A DNA stretch of 24,000 nucleotides from Methanobacterium sp. Its GTDB lineage: Archaea; Methanobacteriota; Methanobacteria; Methanobacteriales; Methanobacteriaceae. Below, in pieces: positions 18,005 through 24,000 of the stretch. Location: assembly GCA_030017655.1 (NCBI GenBank), contig JASEIM010000005.1, positions 32,063 through 56,062 of the forward strand. Direction: 5' to 3'. The notes beneath the pieces were generated by a model that was not told where the DNA came from, searched no databases, and saw only the letters and a list, made by a program, of their open reading frames with translations. Each line of letters opens with the position of its first letter. Within the stretch, counting starts at the first letter, position 1. The translations under genes were made by a program, and so were the position numbers.

Positions 18005-18403
18005 TTAGTCACCAGGAGTTTTTACAGCTTTATCTGGGGAAAATCCGAGTGGTGTGGTTATAATTATCTCTCCATTTTTTGGTCTGATAATCATTTCGCC
18101 CCCATCAATTACATCTGTATGAACTGCAATTGCCCCGTCCTTTATGTAGCCTGACATATCCTGTCCATTAACCGTGACCTTTTTAAGCCCTGCTACAGGG
18201 ATTAAATAGTATTCAGTCGGCCCATTGCTTTCGGTTATTTGGGGCTTTCCATAATCTGATTGGGATGAATCAGTCGCAGAAAAACTGCTTGTAACCATTA
18301 GAAATATTAAAATAGTAAAAACAACATCAATAAATGGAACCATGTTGAACCGGGGATTATTTTCGCGTAATTTGCTCCTATATTTATTTACATTAAGAGT
18401 CAT
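18005..18403 (-). CDS. ExbD/TolR-family biopolymer transport protein
   Basis: 'FNMVPFIDVVFTILIFLMV' single N-terminal TM with the conserved Asp, followed by a ~80-aa extracytoplasmic domain. Lies 12 nt downstream of the ExbB-like gene. Confidence 0.8.
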   Translation of the reverse strand: MTLNVNKYRSKLRENNPRFNMVPFIDVVFTILIFLMVTSSFSATDSSQSDYGKPQITESNGPTEYYLIPVAGLKKVTVNGQDMSGYIKDGAIAVHTDVIDGGEMIIRPKNGEIIITTPLGFSPDKAVKTPGD

Positions 18404-18415
18404 AGAATCACTTCT

Positions 18416-19255
18416 TTACTGCATCAATTTACTTTCAATAATTTCCGCCCGGGTATTGCATTTTTCCATAATAATATTGGAGATACTTTTTTCAAGCATG
18501 CTGGGTTTAAAAGCTACCCATATATTTGCATCAGGATCATCAATTTCTTTAACCTTTACAATTCCTTCAGATTCCCTTAATGCATCAATTGCTCCTTCAG
18601 GTTCAATTTCAACTTTTATCCTCATTACTGCAGTTCTCCAGTTGGTCATTTTTTTGGCAATCTCTATTTTATCCATCTCATTTTCTATTCTGCTTGTTAT
18701 ATTAGAATAAAGAGGAAGTAAAATTATTGCCACAGTAAGTCCTGCTATGGTGGTAATTAATGAAATATAAATCCCTCCCGCCATTGCAGTGGGACTTGCA
18801 TCCACACCAAGCGCTTTAAATGTGTACCACATACCGAGAACTGTTCCTATAAGTCCTAAAAGCGGGGCTATTTCAATTATCATCTTTATGGTGCCCAAAC
18901 CCTTGGTCATGCTTCCTATTTCAACAATGAAAACACGTTCCATAGCATCTTCAACTTCAATCTTGTTTCTGTAACCGATTTTTAAGGCTTCTGAAATTAT
19001 TTTAGAAATAGGATTATGATATTTACCAATGGATCGTAAGGCTTCAAGAGATCCTCCTTTTTCCATTGCATCATTTACTGTTCCCATAATAAGAGGAGGG
19101 GAAATTTTGGATATTTTTCGTAAATAAAATATCTTCTCAATTGAAGTTATGAAACCATATATGCCTATAATAGCTATAATATAAGTTATGACTCCTCCGC
19201 TTTTAAACATCTCCAGTATAGTGCCCAAAGTACTGCTTAGAAACTCATATATCAT
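18416..19255 (-). CDS. MotA/TolQ/ExbB-family proton-channel protein with an extra ~80-aa C-terminal soluble domain
   Basis: Three TM helices. Family core 'IAPLLGLIGTVLGMWYTF...GGIYISLITTIAGLTVAI'. After the last TM comes 'MRIKVEIEPEGAIDALRESEGIVKVKEIDDPDANIWVAFKP...', which is not part of the canonical family. Confidence 0.8.
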   Translation of the reverse strand: MIYEFLSSTLGTILEMFKSGGVITYIIAIIGIYGFITSIEKIFYLRKISKISPPLIMGTVNDAMEKGGSLEALRSIGKYHNPISKIISEALKIGYRNKIEVEDAMERVFIVEIGSMTKGLGTIKMIIEIAPLLGLIGTVLGMWYTFKALGVDASPTAMAGGIYISLITTIAGLTVAIILLPLYSNITSRIENEMDKIEIAKKMTNWRTAVMRIKVEIEPEGAIDALRESEGIVKVKEIDDPDANIWVAFKPSMLEKSISNIIMEKCNTRAEIIESKLMQ

Positions 19256-19379
19256 TGTGCATCAGTCCTCGCGGTTATAATGTTCATGGTACCTCAATAA
19301 GTATCTGATATTTTTACTGTTTTAACTGCTTTAAATAATATTTATCTGAATATATATTGATTACAGTTTAATTATTAAA

Positions 19380-19991
19380 TTATTTTTGATTCTTTTTTAC
19401 AGTTGCCCATGATTTTCTAACGAAGTATGGCAAATTTTCATAAGAGAAACGTTTTAAAAATGCTATAGTTTTAGGATCACTAGGATAACCAGAACCTACA
19501 TCTCTGTATTCCTTTCTTATTTTTTCAATTTCCATATCCCGCTCAACTTTAGCAACTATAGAGGCTGCGGCTACAATTGGATATTTATCCTCAGCTTTAT
19601 GTTCTGCTATAACCTTAAGACCGTTTCTGAAATTCTCCATTTCATCACAAAATCTCTGAGGCTTAACATCAAGACAATCTATATATGCAGTATCTGGATT
19701 GGACATGCCAATTACTTTTTTAATGGCTATTTTTTCAATTTCATTTAGATTAATATCTTTAGCCCTTAAATTATCTATGTCGATGGCTTGAATATGAACT
19801 GTATGACATTCAGCAATCTTATTTATTCTTCTTGCCATTACTTTTCTTCTTCCGGGAGTCAAACGTTTAGAATCTTTTAATTGAAGCTTTTCAAGTTTTT
19901 CAAGTCTTTCTTCTTCAATTGCAACTCCGCATACAACAAGAGGTCCAATTACCGGCCCTCTCCCTGCCTCATCTATGCCTATAATTTTCAT
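19380..19991 (-). CDS. rnhB: Ribonuclease HII
   Basis: 'IIGIDEAGRGPVIGPLVV' (DEAGRG catalytic motif), 'DSKRLTP', 'AASIVAKVERD', 'GSGYPSD'. Confidence 0.92.
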   Translation of the reverse strand: MKIIGIDEAGRGPVIGPLVVCGVAIEEERLEKLEKLQLKDSKRLTPGRRKVMARRINKIAECHTVHIQAIDIDNLRAKDINLNEIEKIAIKKVIGMSNPDTAYIDCLDVKPQRFCDEMENFRNGLKVIAEHKAEDKYPIVAAASIVAKVERDMEIEKIRKEYRDVGSGYPSDPKTIAFLKRFSYENLPYFVRKSWATVKKNQK

Positions 19992-20059
19992 TGTTTCAAA
20001 AAAAAGATTTATATAATAAAAAAGAATTTGGTTTACTTATTTTAAAAAATAAGTAGATT

Positions 20060-21133
20060 TTATTTCATTGCTTTTAAACGGACTTCTGGTTCAAGTGCTC
20101 TTGGCTCTGCAGCAACAATTGCAGCTCCCTTTGCAACAACAGTCATGGGATCATCTGAAATTTCAACAGGGATCCCTACTTCATCGAATATTCTTTCTTT
20201 AAGGCCTTTTAGCTGTGAAGTTCCACCCACAACTACAGTTTCCTTATAAACACCAGAAATAAGTTCTGGTGACATTCTTTCAAGTATAGCTGCCAGTGCT
20301 TCAATAAGTTTTGCTACCACTGGTTCAGCAGCTTCTGCAACCAGATTTGAATCAATCTCTACTTCTTTTGGTTTGTTGGTTTCCATATCTTTCCCAATTA
20401 CTGTGGTTTTTGTAATCTCGATATCTGAACCTGAATTAACCATCCCAATTTCTATTTTAGCTTTTTCAGCCTCATGAATTCCTATTTCAACACTGTACAT
20501 TTCTTTAACTTTATCTACAATGTTATCATCAATATTATCCCCGCCGAGTCTTACCGTCTCAATATCTGTGATTCCACCGAGAGATATAACCACAATATCA
20601 CTTGATCCAGCGCCAATATCGATTACCATTGTACCTGATGCCTCTGCAATTGGTAATCCTGCACCTATTGCTGCTGCAAGTCCTTCACTTATAACTAAAA
20701 CATAGCTTGCACCTGCTTTTCTACCTATTTCTTCAACAGCATTCTTTTCAACTTCTGATGCATCTCCAGGAATACCAATAACTATTCTATCAATAGTATC
20801 CATTGAATCTCCTGAACCTCTATCCATTGCATATATTAGAAGCGCTTCTGCCTGTGCAACACTTTCAATAACTCCCTTTCTTAGCGGCCTTACTGCTACA
20901 ATATCTTCTGGAGTTCTTCCAAGCATTGATTTTGCATCATCACCAACTGCGAGCACATAAGATGGATCTTCTTTTTTTACAGCCACTACAGATGGAATTT
21001 TGTATAGATCAAATTTATCTCCGGATGGTTTTGCTACAACAGTGTTAAGCGTTCCTAAATCAATTCCTAAAGTATTTGCAATTCCTTCCTTCCTAATTTC
21101 CTCTTCTTCTTCTTTTTTTCTAAAAAGACGCAT
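20060..21133 (-). CDS. mreB: MreB-like actin-family (ASHA) filament protein
   Basis: Phosphate-1 'LGIDLGTLNTVVA', 'VAVRPLRKGVI', phosphate-2 'MVIDIGAGSSDIVVISLGG', adenosine motif 'VVVGGTSQLKGL'. MreB size, with a charged N-terminal extension 'MRLFRKKEEEEEIRKEG'. GGAGG RBS 6 nt upstream, inside the end of the preceding gene. Confidence 0.8.
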   Translation of the reverse strand: MRLFRKKEEEEEIRKEGIANTLGIDLGTLNTVVAKPSGDKFDLYKIPSVVAVKKEDPSYVLAVGDDAKSMLGRTPEDIVAVRPLRKGVIESVAQAEALLIYAMDRGSGDSMDTIDRIVIGIPGDASEVEKNAVEEIGRKAGASYVLVISEGLAAAIGAGLPIAEASGTMVIDIGAGSSDIVVISLGGITDIETVRLGGDNIDDNIVDKVKEMYSVEIGIHEAEKAKIEIGMVNSGSDIEITKTTVIGKDMETNKPKEVEIDSNLVAEAAEPVVAKLIEALAAILERMSPELISGVYKETVVVGGTSQLKGLKERIFDEVGIPVEISDDPMTVVAKGAAIVAAEPRALEPEVRLKAMK

Positions 21134-21134
21134 T

Positions 21135-21773
<639 letters not shown>

Positions 21774-22168
21774 GTCTTCATTTCATGATACATTTAAGGA
21801 TTACCTTTTTTCAAATTATTCTAATATTGATCTCAAGTCTTATACAATATATTATAATATAATTTTGTACAAAGACATCGAAATAAATCTATACATTTAT
21901 GACAATTATTTAACATAGATAGTTATATAAACTTTTATAAATTGCTAATATGGAATTCAAAATATGTATCTCATTATGAATCAAAAATAAATATTATATA
22001 GATTAATTTAACAAAAAAATATGTTTAAATGGTTTATTTTCTTAATGAAATCTTTAATGTATAATAAAATATTTAAAATTAATTAAAATCCATAATATTG
22101 AGTAAATATATTATATAAACTATTAAAACAGAATCAAGCTATTTATTAAAATTTAAAATTGTGATTGG

Positions 22169-22834
22169 ATGTTCGTTAAAGGAACTTTAAAAAAAGCAGG
22201 GATATTATTAACCTTATCAGTTTTACCATTCCTATTTGGATATGCTCTAGTTAGCTTCATAATATTTTCAGCTATTGCTTTTATTATGCAGTTTTTTAGA
22301 GACCCCAATAGAAAAGTACCTCAAGATAAGGGAGTAATAGTTGCTCCAGCAGATGGAAGAATATTGAAAGGAAAAATTGACAAAATAGAGATTGTTGAAC
22401 ATGATGATCCTTTAATGGAACATTTACTTGAAAAAGGTGAGAAAGGGATTCGTGTAAGTACCTTCATGTCTCCATTTGATGTCCATGTCAACAGAGTTCC
22501 TGTTTCTGGAAAAGTTATAAAAACAAAATATTGTCCTGGAAAATTTAAAATGGCTCTTGGAGACATAGAAACCGTGAATGAAAAGAATTTGATTGTTATA
22601 GATTCAGAGTATGGGAAAATTGGAGTTATTCAAATTGCAGGTTTTGTGGCAAGACGTATAGTGCAATATGTTAAAGTAGGCGATGAAGTCCAGATAGGAG
22701 ATAGAATAGGGATGATAAGATTTGGATCTCGCGTAGACCTGATATTACCCCATAAAAATTGTAAATTATTGGTTAAAGAAGGAGATAAACCAAAAGCTGC
22801 AGAAACTATAATTGCTGTGATGAAAAATGAATAA
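22169..22834 (+). CDS. psd: Phosphatidylserine (archaetidylserine) decarboxylase proenzyme
   Basis: N-terminal TM region, 'FFRDPNR..P......V.PADG', 'TFMSPFDVHVNR.PVSG', and the self-cleavage/pyruvoyl motif 'FGSRVD' near the C-terminus. Confidence 0.85.
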   Translation: MFVKGTLKKAGILLTLSVLPFLFGYALVSFIIFSAIAFIMQFFRDPNRKVPQDKGVIVAPADGRILKGKIDKIEIVEHDDPLMEHLLEKGEKGIRVSTFMSPFDVHVNRVPVSGKVIKTKYCPGKFKMALGDIETVNEKNLIVIDSEYGKIGVIQIAGFVARRIVQYVKVGDEVQIGDRIGMIRFGSRVDLILPHKNCKLLVKEGDKPKAAETIIAVMKNE

Positions 22835-22926
22835 AGAACGCAGCACCATAATATGCAATTAATTAAGCTATTTTTACTAAAAGTATATTTAATACTTAGT
22901 ATCCATTAGATAATTGGAGTTATAAC

Positions 22927-23637
22927 ATGAATATCAGATCTTATACCTCAATTGCAGATTTATTTTCTATTGCAAATGCATCTTCCGGTTTTTTATCTAT
23001 TATTATGGCTTCAATGGGTGATCTTGTTTTAGCTGCTAAATTCATGTTAATTGCAGTCATTTTTGATTCTATTGATGGATGGGTAGCAAGGAAAATAAAA
23101 AGAGAAGATGAATCTGGATTTGGAAGAAATATGGATTCTTTATCCGATATTGTGTCATTTGGAGTCGCTCCCGGAATGCTGCTTTACATATCATGTATGC
23201 AATACGGAATAACCTATGTTAACATGGCTATAGCTCTTTTAGTAGTAATATGCGGGATATTGAGACTATCTAGATTCAATGTAACAGCTGATTTATATAC
23301 AGATAAATTTATCGGTTTACCTATTCCTACAGCTGCATTAATACTTGGAACTTTCTATCTTTCAGGTTTTTTCAGAGAATACTTGGCACTGCTCATAATG
23401 ATACTTGTATCTTTACTAATGATAAGCACATTCGAATATCCAAAAATTAGAGATATGAGAATACTTTTAGTGGGTAGTATATTACTCATTGCAACACTTT
23501 TACCTCAAAAAATTATATCCTATGTTGCAAGTTTTCCCGTAAAGCTTTTATTTGTTATCGTGCTACTATACTTATTGGCTGTACCAATTATAGAATTATA
23601 TAACAGATTCTTTAGAAGTGGTCCAAATGTTAGATAA
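22927..23637 (+). CDS. pssA: CDP-alcohol phosphatidyltransferase, archaetidylserine synthase type
   Basis: Signature D-G-x2-A-R-x8-G-x3-D-x3-D present as 'DSIDGWVARKIKREDESGFGRNMDSLSDIVSF'. Polytopic membrane protein. GGAG RBS upstream. Immediately downstream of psd. Confidence 0.85.
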   Translation: MNIRSYTSIADLFSIANASSGFLSIIMASMGDLVLAAKFMLIAVIFDSIDGWVARKIKREDESGFGRNMDSLSDIVSFGVAPGMLLYISCMQYGITYVNMAIALLVVICGILRLSRFNVTADLYTDKFIGLPIPTAALILGTFYLSGFFREYLALLIMILVSLLMISTFEYPKIRDMRILLVGSILLIATLLPQKIISYVASFPVKLLFVIVLLYLLAVPIIELYNRFFRSGPNVR

Positions 23638-24000
23638 AATACGTGGAAAAAAGAAAAATGATAAAGATACTCCTGACCTCAGGGGTAAAAATAATAAAAA
23701 GGACGATTCTGAAGTTAAAGGTCGTCTTAAAGGCATGGTAAGTAGAGTAAGAAAAGATAAAGATACGGAAAAGGAAGATAAGAAAGCTCCCCCTGAAAGA
23801 AAAATGCCTCGACCAATGCCTAAGCCCACACCTAAAGTTGAGGGTAAACCAAGGCTAAGACCTCCTGAAAAGAAACCTGAACGTAAAAGGCCAGGAATGG
23901 GTGCCGCGGTAGGCGGCTTTGGAAGAAGAATTCCTGATGATGATCAAAGAACACTTATAGGTGCAGCTGTTTTTGGACTTATACTTATAATAATTGTTGC
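23627..24000 (+). CDS. Hypothetical membrane protein with a Lys/Pro-rich disordered N-terminus (partial, continues beyond the window)
   Basis: Not in the supplied ORF track because no stop is reached. ATG at 23627 overlaps the end of pssA by 11 nt. Own translation: MLDKIRGKKKNDKDTPDLRGKNNKKDDSEVKGRLKGMVSRVRKDKDTEKEDKKAPPERKMPRPMPKPTPKVEGKPRLRPPEKKPERKRPGMGAAVGGFGRRIPDDDQRTLIGAAVFGLILIIIV.., ending in a TM helix. Confidence 0.55.
   Translation, partial: MLDKIRGKKKNDKDTPDLRGKNNKKDDSEVKGRLKGMVSRVRKDKDTEKEDKKAPPERKMPRPMPKPTPKVEGKPRLRPPEKKPERKRPGMGAAVGGFGRRIPDDDQRTLIGAAVFGLILIIIV

Noticed and set aside
18005-19255. Zorya-like anti-phage system (MotA/MotB-like stator) as an interpretation of the ExbB/ExbD pair
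   Set aside because: The ExbB-like protein lacks the very long ZorA tail. No ZorC/ZorD-like nuclease or helicase genes are adjacent, and the flanking genes are housekeeping (purO, rnhB).
21911-21935. Half-site GTTATATAA upstream of the 212-aa/mreB operon as a further copy of the operator
   Set aside because: Only the right arm is present and no ATATAAC lies at the N4 distance. A similar word (TTATATAAACT) recurs at about 22108 and is more simply explained as TATA boxes of the divergent promoters.

Overview
AT-rich, densely coding chromosomal window from a methanogenic archaeon. The gene content fits Methanobacteriales best: MCR component A2, Hdr, F420 genes cofD/cofE, GTP cyclohydrolase III, archaeal PurO, an MreB-like actin and archaetidylserine lipid genes. 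I call 27 protein genes, 23 of them on the minus strand in one long co-oriented run (681-21773). I found no tRNA, rRNA, CRISPR array or recognisable IS/transposase. Reading left to right: cysS (3' part); a small Cys-rich HTH regulator; cysE-cysK; a NifX-like protein; an exported protein of unknown function; a contiguous hdrC-hdrB-hdrA operon whose HdrA carries a C-terminal MvhD-like domain; a Kv-type K+ channel; hemA; precorrin-2 dehydrogenase; a methanogenesis-marker-9-type Cys-rich protein; atwA (A2); a Dus/NifR3-like TIM barrel; gch3-cofD-cofE-purO; exbB-exbD homologues; rnhB; an unknown gene coupled to mreB; and divergently psd-pssA plus a coupled K/P-rich membrane protein running off the window. 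Four observations deserve follow-up. (1) A perfect 18-bp palindrome, ATATAAC-N4-GTTATAT, recurs only in the intergenic regions upstream of the Cys-rich regulator, cysK-cysE and the atypical hdrCBA operon, which suggests an undescribed sulfur/thiol-redox regulon. (2) The MvhD-like domain fused to HdrA has lost every conserved cysteine, and the second CCG motif of the HdrB-like subunit is altered. (3) A roughly 230-nt stretch between atwA and the marker-9 gene contains no TA dinucleotide and is packed with short perfect hairpins. (4) The NifR3-like TIM barrel and the marker-9 domain flank atwA. All functional calls rest on motif recognition by eye. No database search was run.
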